Part shown: positions 8,197 to 15,880 of the stretch, piece by piece | Layout: every line of letters begins with the position of its first letter | Numbering within the stretch: position 1 is the stretch's first letter | NCBI GenBank assembly: GCA_964423515.1 | Contig: CAYRFL010000002.1 | Coordinates: 14,657 to 78,656, forward strand | Direction of reading: 5' to 3' | Source of the DNA: an uncultured archaeon | GTDB lineage: Archaea > Thermoplasmatota > Penumbrarchaeia > JASLWR01 | Length of the DNA stretch: 64,000 nt | Translations under genes and position numbers: made by a program | Notes under the pieces: model-generated | The model's input: the letters and a program-made list of their open reading frames with translations, nothing else | What the model was told of the DNA's origin: nothing | Databases searched by the model: none

Positions 8197-11142
8197 ATGG
8201 ATGAGCGCCTGTTTTCAAGAAGGATAACGATAGTTACCATAACTGCATTACTGATCTTCTCAGGATTCATGCTGGGGATAAGTTTGCCTGCAAAGAGAGC
8301 GAGGGCGGATGCGCCGATTTTTGCGACCATTAATTATAACAATCCACCCACCGGTGGCGACAGCTTCTGGGTCTCTGCCAACATATCGGAAGTTCCGGGA
8401 GCACATCAGGTGTTCTTCAACTGCACCATTGTCAGCCTGTCCTCCGAGTCGCATGCGCGGAATCTGGCAGTGACCAACCACACGGGAACATCGTGGCTCA
8501 TCGAAATGTTCGTTCCCATACCCAATGACGGAACCACCATCGATTTCAATTTCACCGCCCACAATACCACGGACGGCGGAATGGCCCGATCCAACAACGG
8601 AACCATCTCAATAACCGATACCCTGAAACCCACAGCCATTGCCAAGTGCAACACCACGGCCCAACCGACCTTGAAGGATGCGATAACGGTCGTAGAGGGA
8701 ACCACGGTGAACTTCGACGGCAGCGGCACCACGGACAACCTGCTGACGGATTCCTGGGCGAACTCGAAATGGAAGTGGGAGATACTTCCCGCCCTTACCA
8801 AGCAGGGGGAGACACAGACGCATACCTTTGCCGACGAAGGCGTTTACATAGTTACCCTCAACGTATCCGATGCCGCCGACAACTGGGACACGGACACCGT
8901 TACCGTGACGGTTGAACCCGCGGACATGCCCCCGGTACTGGCGCCGCAGGCCGTGACATATATCGCCGGGCTCAAGGACCTCGTGGAGGATTCGGACTAC
9001 ACGAACATAACGCTTCTCGACAACGGGACAGGTACGGATTACCTGTTCAACTACACCGGTCCGGGCGTCATCACCTTCAAGGTGAACGCAAGCGGAACCA
9101 TGCAGGATACCTACGAGAGCGACAATCTCACAGGTGAGATAGCCGACGTCAACGGAACGAAGATATTTACGATAAAGCCCAAGGAGAACGTCTATTTCAA
9201 GACGGACGTGGTGGAGAACGTGACCATAAATGCGACGACTGCCGTGGGTTCAATAGAATATATGATCCAGTTCAAGATAACCAGCGTTAACGATGCTGCC
9301 GTGTTCGTGCAGCCGTCGGGGGATACTGCCAGTGTGAACGAGGGTGCGGAAAGGACAATAACGGTGGTGGCAAAGGACTCCGCCGATCCGGAGGACACCC
9401 TTACGCTCACCACGAACATCACCACGGTGATACCTGCCCTAACGGCCACGGTTGTGGACACCATCAGGGACAATGCAACGAACACCCATACCTTCAAACT
9501 CAATCTGACACCGACGAACGACATGGTTGGCGATTACAACGTCAGCCTCATGATCACCGACGATGATGCCGGCTCCTCGACGAAAGCACCCCTCGTTGTC
9601 CAGAAGAACATCACGCTCTCCATCAAGAACACCAACGATGCTCCCTCGTTCGGCGGTTTCAAGATAGGGGATAAGGAGGGGAAGGAAGGTGATGATGGTG
9701 CGATCCTCTTCGATATAGACGAGGATGAGGAGGTCGTTATCAATATCACCATCGAGGATCCTGACCTTCTGCACGATGATGTCGTTTTCACCGTGGATAT
9801 CGAGGAGAAGAAGAACTACAGCAAGGAGAGTACCAAGGACAATGTGAAGATCGAGTTGGTTGGCAATAAATATGCCAACCTGACCTTCCTTCCATTGGAG
9901 AATCATAATGGCCCCGCCATGGTGAGGATCAGTCTTTCGGACGGTACGGACGTCGTTTATCAGTACATCAATTTTACCGTGAAACCCATGAACGATGATC
10001 CCAATTTTGCTACCATGAAGATCGAGCCGGGCTATAGGCTCATTGATGAGGCCACATACACATACAATCTCTGGATCAACGATACTGCGAAGAAGACCAT
10101 GTTAAAACCTGGGGATAAGACAGACATTGATGGGGATAACATAACATTCCACTGGTTTTTCAGGGCCGATCCCACCGGCAAGCTGATTTTCAATGAGAGT
10201 TGGAACTCCACGATAACCGGGATGAACATCACACACCAGTTCCCCTTCAACGGTAGCCACTCGGTATGGCTGAAAGCGACAGATGGAAAGGGAGGCTCGG
10301 CTGTAAAGAAATTCATCACAGAAATGGAAATAGTGGAGTTTATTCCTCCCTCGAAAAACGGGGACGACGGACTCGGCATATGGCTCTTCGTGATCATCGG
10401 TGCCGTTGTTCTGGTCGTGATCGTGGTAATAGTGGTTATCATCCTGATGAAGAAGAAGGGCGGTGACAAGGAGGAAGAGGACGAGTTCGGTGACATGACC
10501 CCTCCGGACCAGCAGATGGGAATGCCCGGCGGACCCGGCGTTGACCAGTTCGGTCAGCCAATTCAGCCGGGAATGCCCGGACAACAGCAGCCCGCCGTTG
10601 ATCAGTTCGGCCAGCCGATCCAGCAGGGAATGCCTGGACAACAGCAGCCCGGCGTCGATCAGTTCGGCCAGCCGATCCAGCAGGGAATGCCTGGACAACA
10701 GCAGCCCGGCATGGACCAGTTCGGTCAGCCGCAACCCGGAATGCCTGCCCAGCAGCCCGGCATGGACCAGTACGGCCAGCCTCAGCCTGGAATGCCCCAG
10801 CAGCCCGGCATGGACCAGTACGGTCAGCCTCAGCAGGCCCCGCAGCAGCCCGGCATGGACCAGTACGGCCAAGCGCAGTACGGGATGGCCCCCGCACAGC
10901 CTCAACAGCCCCCGCAGCAGCCTCAGCAGCCTGCCGTGGATCCGTACGCTCAGCAGCAGTACGGTGGGCAGTATGCACAGCCTCAGCAACCTGCACAACC
11001 GGGGCCGTACGGGCAATATCAACAGCCGCAGGCCCTCCCGACACAGGGAGCGCCCATGGGCGGCGGAAGCTCTTGTCCCTCCTGTGGCGCACCGGTGGAG
11101 CCCGGCTGGTTCCTCTGCCCGAACTGCAAGAACCAGATATGA
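8197..11142 (+). CDS. Surface protein with PKD/cadherin-like Ig domains, TM, Gln/Pro/Gly-rich repeat tail and C-terminal Zn ribbon
   Basis: Signal peptide; PKD motif (VNFDGSGTTD...HTFADEGVYIVTLNVSD); VND/TNDAP cadherin-like linkers; TM followed by KKK; ends CPSCG...CPNC. GAGGTG RBS at 8186. Confidence 0.85.
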   Translation: MDERLFSRRITIVTITALLIFSGFMLGISLPAKRARADAPIFATINYNNPPTGGDSFWVSANISEVPGAHQVFFNCTIVSLSSESHARNLAVTNHTGTSWLIEMFVPIPNDGTTIDFNFTAHNTTDGGMARSNNGTISITDTLKPTAIAKCNTTAQPTLKDAITVVEGTTVNFDGSGTTDNLLTDSWANSKWKWEILPALTKQGETQTHTFADEGVYIVTLNVSDAADNWDTDTVTVTVEPADMPPVLAPQAVTYIAGLKDLVEDSDYTNITLLDNGTGTDYLFNYTGPGVITFKVNASGTMQDTYESDNLTGEIADVNGTKIFTIKPKENVYFKTDVVENVTINATTAVGSIEYMIQFKITSVNDAAVFVQPSGDTASVNEGAERTITVVAKDSADPEDTLTLTTNITTVIPALTATVVDTIRDNATNTHTFKLNLTPTNDMVGDYNVSLMITDDDAGSSTKAPLVVQKNITLSIKNTNDAPSFGGFKIGDKEGKEGDDGAILFDIDEDEEVVINITIEDPDLLHDDVVFTVDIEEKKNYSKESTKDNVKIELVGNKYANLTFLPLENHNGPAMVRISLSDGTDVVYQYINFTVKPMNDDPNFATMKIEPGYRLIDEATYTYNLWINDTAKKTMLKPGDKTDIDGDNITFHWFFRADPTGKLIFNESWNSTITGMNITHQFPFNGSHSVWLKATDGKGGSAVKKFITEMEIVEFIPPSKNGDDGLGIWLFVIIGAVVLVVIVVIVVIILMKKKGGDKEEEDEFGDMTPPDQQMGMPGGPGVDQFGQPIQPGMPGQQQPAVDQFGQPIQQGMPGQQQPGVDQFGQPIQQGMPGQQQPGMDQFGQPQPGMPAQQPGMDQYGQPQPGMPQQPGMDQYGQPQQAPQQPGMDQYGQAQYGMAPAQPQQPPQQPQQPAVDPYAQQQYGGQYAQPQQPAQPGPYGQYQQPQALPTQGAPMGGGSSCPSCGAPVEPGWFLCPNCKNQI
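10540..10900 (+). repeat. Intragenic tandem repeat, seven DQ[FY]GQ units
   Basis: Units start at 10540, 10597, 10654, 10711, 10762, 10810, 10855 (periods 57,57,57,51,48,45 nt). Confidence 0.9.
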
Positions 11143-11162
11143 TATAGTCATTGACGCTTGAG

Positions 11163-11204
11163 AGGCGGGCCATAGGCGCCCGCCTTCTTTTATCTGTTTT
11201 TTTT
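11163..11204 (+). terminator. Hairpin plus oligo-T terminator
   Basis: AGGCGGGC...GCCCGCCT followed by T runs, after the stop at 11142. Confidence 0.65.
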
Positions 11205-11233
11205 CTACGATCGATAGCCCCGGGTGGTTACTC

Positions 11234-12691
11234 ATTTTCATAGCCATGGATGATACGGACTCGAGACAGGGAGGATGTACGACATACCTTCTGAGCCGGG
11301 CCCTGGAGCTGGCTTCAGCGGCCGGTTATTCTTGTGTGGGATTCCCCGGATTGGTCCGATTGAATCCGAACATACCCTTCAAGACCAGGGGCAACGGTGC
11401 GGTGGTGGCCCGACTCGCACGAAGGGAGGATATGGACGGCCTGGAAACGTTCACGTCCGGCGGTGTCGGGAACACACACATAGAATCCTTGAGAGAACGG
11501 TCACCGGAATACGATGCTGAAACGCTCTCGTCGATGGCCTCCCTCTTCGGGGAGTTGAGAAACCTTGTTTCCTCGGAATCCCATCTGGATGACGTGAACA
11601 CGAATCCGGGCCTGGTGGTCAGCCTTGACCGCTTCGATGTTTTTCAGTACCGGAGGGCGGTTCGCGAGATGTATCCTATGGAGAAGGCATTGTCTGTACT
11701 GGCATCAAAAGAGCTTACGCTTCATAAGGGCTTTGGCAACGGTCGGGGCCTCGTCGGATGCCTTGGTGCCCTCGCCTGGTTACAGAACCTCGACCTCCAT
11801 GGAATGGACCGGACATTCGAGATCATCACATACCGGAGACCGGAGTTCTGGGGAACGCCGAGGGAAGTGGATGCAGGGACAGCAAAGGAACTGGATGCCC
11901 TTCTGCCCGGAACGTTCAACAATTATGATACTGTGAACCGGAAGGCGCTGGTCTATCCCAATTCGCCGTGCCCGGTGCTTTTCGGTGTTCGGGGGGATGA
12001 TTGGCGCGAGCTGCCGGAGGTCCTGAAGATCCTGGATGTCTCCCAGATGGAACGTTGGCAGCTCTTCGTCACGAACCAGGGCACGGACGACCATCTCGTT
12101 AGCAAGGAGATGCCCGGGATCGAGGAGTATGATTCAGTGATAACCGAGGGCATCGTTGTCCGGGAGCCGTGGACGATAAAGGGGGGTCATGTCTTTTTGG
12201 TGATCGAGGGAGCGGGTGCACGGATGCTGGCAAGCGCATTCGAGCCTACCAAGGATTTTCGGCATACCGTCAGGGAGCTTCGAGCAGGTGATTCCCTGCG
12301 CCTGTACGGCGGTGTGAAGGGATCGGAGGCTTTAACAACGCAAGAAGGAGGCGAATGCCGCGGTGGAGGCGAACGGCATGAGGACCTCGACGGCCTTGCA
12401 TCGAGCGGCGGGGTAAGATCACTCTGTATCAATATAGAGAAGATGGAGATCCTGGGATTGACACATGCCCCAAGAAAGCTAGGGAATCCCATCTGTACCG
12501 GTTGCCGGAGAAGAATGAAATCCGCGGGAGCAGGCCAGGGTTACAGGTGCAGAAGATGCGGAACCACGGCGGGGGAGGATGATGCGGAATACGGCCCTGC
12601 GACCAGATCTCTTCGTCTGGGAGCGATTTACGAGGTGGATGGCGTGGCCAGGAGACACCTGTCAAAGCCACTAAGGAGAATGGGTAAATGA
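11234..12691 (+). CDS. tiaS: tRNA(Ile2) 2-agmatinylcytidine synthetase
   Basis: DDTDS...CTTY, LVRLNPNIPFKTRGNGA, PCPVLFGVRG, TNQGTDDH, FEPTKDFR, C-terminal Zn ribbon and ARRHLSKPL. First ATG is 11246; the ATT 11234 start is inferred (see findings). Confidence 0.95.
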   Translation: MFIAMDDTDSRQGGCTTYLLSRALELASAAGYSCVGFPGLVRLNPNIPFKTRGNGAVVARLARREDMDGLETFTSGGVGNTHIESLRERSPEYDAETLSSMASLFGELRNLVSSESHLDDVNTNPGLVVSLDRFDVFQYRRAVREMYPMEKALSVLASKELTLHKGFGNGRGLVGCLGALAWLQNLDLHGMDRTFEIITYRRPEFWGTPREVDAGTAKELDALLPGTFNNYDTVNRKALVYPNSPCPVLFGVRGDDWRELPEVLKILDVSQMERWQLFVTNQGTDDHLVSKEMPGIEEYDSVITEGIVVREPWTIKGGHVFLVIEGAGARMLASAFEPTKDFRHTVRELRAGDSLRLYGGVKGSEALTTQEGGECRGGGERHEDLDGLASSGGVRSLCINIEKMEILGLTHAPRKLGNPICTGCRRRMKSAGAGQGYRCRRCGTTAGEDDAEYGPATRSLRLGAIYEVDGVARRHLSKPLRRMGK

Positions 12692-12716
12692 TCCTCGTAG
12701 AAGTAAAAATAAAAAG

Positions 12717-12788
12717 AGCCACCGGCGGGGATCGAACCCGCGATCTATGCCTTACCAAGGCATCGCTATACCTCTAAGCCACGGTGGC
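12717..12788 (-). tRNA. tRNA-Thr (GGT)
   Basis: Reverse strand GCCACCG...ATGCC-TTGGTAA-GGCAT...GGTTCGATCC...CGGTGGC-T forms a cloverleaf; no intron, CCA not encoded. Confidence 0.95.
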
Positions 12789-12998
12789 ATCACCGTACTT
12801 GTGTGTGAGAATCCGGAAACGTTAGCGAATAGCCTTATTATAAAAATATTTTACCTTCCAATTGACCCACTTTTACCTGCACTGGCGCATTGCATGGTCT
12901 GTTGGCATCGCTTCAGGGAATTGGTGAATGCCAGATGATGCGTACCTCCTCTTGAATGTTGTGTAATTAGGTGAAAAACAATTAATAAACAGGGCGTA

Positions 12999-13985
12999 TT
13001 GATATCCCCGATGATAGTTACCGATGAGCTCACGAAGAGGTATCCCGTAAAGGTTTCACGGTGGAAGAGACTGGTGGGACGGAAGGGGAAGCCCCGTGAA
13101 GATTCCATACTTGCGGTGGATCGGCTTCGGCTCGAGGTTAAGAAGGGCGAGGTCTTCGGTTTTCTCGGTCCCAACGGTGCCGGGAAGACCACCACCATCA
13201 AGATGCTCATCGGGCTCATGCCTCCCACATCCGGAACGGCAAGGGTCGCCGGTCACGATGTAGAGAGGGATAAGGTCGAGGTACAGGCGTGCGTCGGCTA
13301 TATGCCGGAGTCCCCTTCTTTCTACTCCAGGATATCCGTGGAGAGGACCCTGGGCTATTATTCGCGCCTCTATTCGATCTCCAAGCATGAATCGACCGCC
13401 CGCATAGCGGAGTGTCTCGAGACGGTGGGGCTGACGGGAGAGAGGGGGAAGCCCTGCGGGAAACTATCATTTGGAATGAGAAAACGTTTGTCCCTGGCCC
13501 AGGCACTCCTCCACGAACCGGAACTTCTGATCTTGGACGAGCCCACCGGGGGGCTGGACCCACAGGGCAAGAGGGATTTCCAGGACCTCCTGAGAACTCT
13601 ATCCGGAGATGGCATTACCATCTTCATGTCCTCGCATCTTCTAGGCGAGATGCAGAAGATATGTTCTAACGTCGGGATCATCAACAGCGGAAGGCTCATT
13701 GCAGATGGTTCTCTGTCCGACCTGCAGCGAAGATTGTCCAAGAAGGCAAAGGTCAGGATCGCAATACGGGTCAGATCCCCCGCATCCGTGCCATTGGAGG
13801 AGATCCGGGCACGACCGGAGGTGGCCGATGCGACCCTCAGAACGGATATTCTCACCATAATGGCGCATGACGAGGATGTCTCCTCGGAGATAAATCGACT
13901 GCTGGTCTCCAGGAACTGCCAGGTCCGATCCATGGTCATCGAGGAACCGGAACTTGAGGATATCTTCTTCGATATCACGTCCTGA
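12999..13985 (+). CDS. ABC transporter ATP-binding protein (ABC-2/multidrug type)
   Basis: GPNGAGKTT Walker A, LSFGMRKR signature, LILDEP Walker B, SSH; start TTG 12999 or ATG 13011. Confidence 0.92.
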   Translation: MISPMIVTDELTKRYPVKVSRWKRLVGRKGKPREDSILAVDRLRLEVKKGEVFGFLGPNGAGKTTTIKMLIGLMPPTSGTARVAGHDVERDKVEVQACVGYMPESPSFYSRISVERTLGYYSRLYSISKHESTARIAECLETVGLTGERGKPCGKLSFGMRKRLSLAQALLHEPELLILDEPTGGLDPQGKRDFQDLLRTLSGDGITIFMSSHLLGEMQKICSNVGIINSGRLIADGSLSDLQRRLSKKAKVRIAIRVRSPASVPLEEIRARPEVADATLRTDILTIMAHDEDVSSEINRLLVSRNCQVRSMVIEEPELEDIFFDITS

Positions 13986-14433
13986 GAGTCCTGCGGGTCC
14001 TTCTTACGGGAGTGGTCTTGCGGGATATCGTTTCCCAGGATTCCTTCATCTCAACCAGAGCCATTCCCTTTCTCTCGAAAAGCTCCATGAACTCCAGTTC
14101 GCTCAGGTATGGTGTGTCCAGAGGATCCCTTCCCAATCTTGTCGAGAAGGCCCTCATCAATCGATGGAGGGACTGATCCTTTCCCGGACTCTGCGGGGAT
14201 ATGATTATCACGGACTGCCAGTTGGATCCGCCGATGACTTCGCTCTCGAGCGAAAGGAGGAGGCCGTCGAGATCGACACTGATGGACCAGGGATAGTAAT
14301 CCCGTACCCACCGCAGACCGAATTCCGACCTGCCCTTCCTCGACCTGAGAGCATCGAAGAAAGCCTCGCCCACGTCGGTCAGCATCAGACGGTCCTTGAA
14401 GTTCTTGGGGGACTTGAGCCAGCCCTTCTTCAA
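13975..14433 (-). CDS. Hypothetical protein (possibly truncated or degenerate)
   Basis: Open frame with no recognisable motif; it extends to a TAA near 14542 without a canonical start upstream of TTG 14433. Confidence 0.3.
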   Translation of the reverse strand: MKKGWLKSPKNFKDRLMLTDVGEAFFDALRSRKGRSEFGLRWVRDYYPWSISVDLDGLLLSLESEVIGGSNWQSVIIISPQSPGKDQSLHRLMRAFSTRLGRDPLDTPYLSELEFMELFERKGMALVEMKESWETISRKTTPVRRTRRTLRT

Positions 14434-14740
14434 TCCGCTCTTGGAGACGCTGGGTCGGAGATGGTTCGGAAAGGCGATATAGATATAGAATCCCCCGTTC
14501 TCTGTGAAGCTACTGCCGTTCGGGCAAGGAAAACAGCTCTGTTACACGTGATTCTTGAAATCCTTGATGCATCAAAGATACACCGAAGCTTCGCGCATAT
14601 GACAATACGCTGTGGGTATTGTTGAGAGGTTACTACGATATAAAATTAATCATGACCATGAGTGAAAATATAAAAACCGATGCGTCATGGAATTGTGGAA
14701 ATATTACCAAACGAAGCAGACCGATGAATAGAAATTGAAA

Positions 14741-14824
14741 TGCGAGGGCTGGGATTCGAACCCAGGAACCACTCAGGACTAGACCCTGAATCTAGCGCCG
14801 TTGACCTGGCTTGGCTACCCTCGC
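14741..14824 (-). tRNA. tRNA-Leu (CAG)
   Basis: Reverse strand GCGAGGG...CTAGA-TTCAGGG-TCTAG, long variable arm, GGTTCGAATCC, CCCTCGC-A. Confidence 0.95.
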
Positions 14825-15105
14825 ACCTGTTTCGATATCGTCCCATCTGTCCCCATTCGTCATCTTTCTGCCAGGTCAACGGGGACCGGCGCGCAACACA
14901 CCTGTTGCGCGCTGAGTTCAGCCCGCAGGGGTGAACGCTATTGACCTGGCTTGGCTACCCTCGCACCTGTTTTGATATCGCCCCGTCTGTCCCCATTCGT
15001 CATCTTTCTGCCAGGTCAACGGGGACCGGTGCGCAACACACCTGTTGCGCGCTGAGTTCAGCCCGCAGGGGTGAACGCTATTGACCTGGCTTGGCTACCC
15101 TCGCA
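14801..15105 (-). repeat. 140-bp tandem repeat (2 units plus 25 nt) containing the 5' 24 nt of tRNA-Leu
   Basis: ttgacctggcttggctaccctcgca recurs at 14801, 14941 and 15081; the two full units differ at 4 of 140 positions. Confidence 0.97.
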
Positions 15106-15196
15106 TCCATCGTTTACTACTATAGGTCCCCAGATGTTCTGGATAATCTAGATTTGGGATTCGAGAACACCGGGCTGTGCCGAGAATGGAAGAGCC

Positions 15197-15577
15197 CTAT
15201 TCGGATTCCTCTTCCCCTTCTCCATCTTCCTTCTTGTTTATCTCATCCAGGATATCCCACGTCTGATCATATATCCTGTCGTCCAGCTGTGTAAGCTCCA
15301 ATCTCACCCGCAGCTTACCCTTGTCGAAAAAGATGTAGGCGGATTTAACCTGTGAACGGAAACATCGGACGCTCTTCCCCTTGTTCGAGAGCTTTGTATC
15401 CACGCACTTGATAAGGCCCATGGATACCAGCTTCTTTATCTTCTTGTAGCACACCGCCACCGGGATGTCCAGCTGTTTGCTGAGCTCCTGTGCGGTCTTG
15501 GGATATTTAAAGGAAGCGGCCAGAATCCTCAGTACGACCTCATCTGCAAAAAGTTTCGCCATTTTAAGTGCTTCCAT
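15197..15577 (-). CDS. Winged helix-turn-helix transcriptional regulator (ArsR/Lrp-like HTH)
   Basis: RIL...PKTAQELSKQLDIPVAVCYKKIKKLVSMGLI; GAGGTG RBS before ATG 15577. Confidence 0.85.
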   Translation of the reverse strand: MEALKMAKLFADEVVLRILAASFKYPKTAQELSKQLDIPVAVCYKKIKKLVSMGLIKCVDTKLSNKGKSVRCFRSQVKSAYIFFDKGKLRVRLELTQLDDRIYDQTWDILDEINKKEDGEGEEESE

Positions 15578-15880
15578 CGAGATACACCTCTCCCGGCACG
15601 GTCCGACCATTGATGACAATCATCTCTCCATGCCGTTAAAAACAGACTTTCCTCCCATATCGAGTATCGTCCGTCGTGATATGATGAGCCAAGTCTACCA
15701 TTTATACCGGGCACAATCGACGGCCCCTGTAATATAAAATACTATATAAATAGATTTCGCCAGGCAACCGAAGCGGGCCCCCTTGGCGTTGAGGTCGCCG
15801 GTGCGGACGGTCTGTATGCAGATTCTTTTCGAAGGGGGGACCCGGGGATCGGAACGGTTCTTTCCCGGTCCCTTCCAGAT

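Noticed and set aside
14801-15105. CRISPR array (25-nt repeat occurring three times)
   Set aside because: The intervening 115-nt segments are near-identical and too long, the repeat is tRNA sequence, and no cas genes are present.
14941-15105. Split or intron-containing tRNA genes
   Set aside because: An intact tRNA-Leu is adjacent, the units lack a T-loop and acceptor 3' strand, and I could not identify a bulge-helix-bulge motif.
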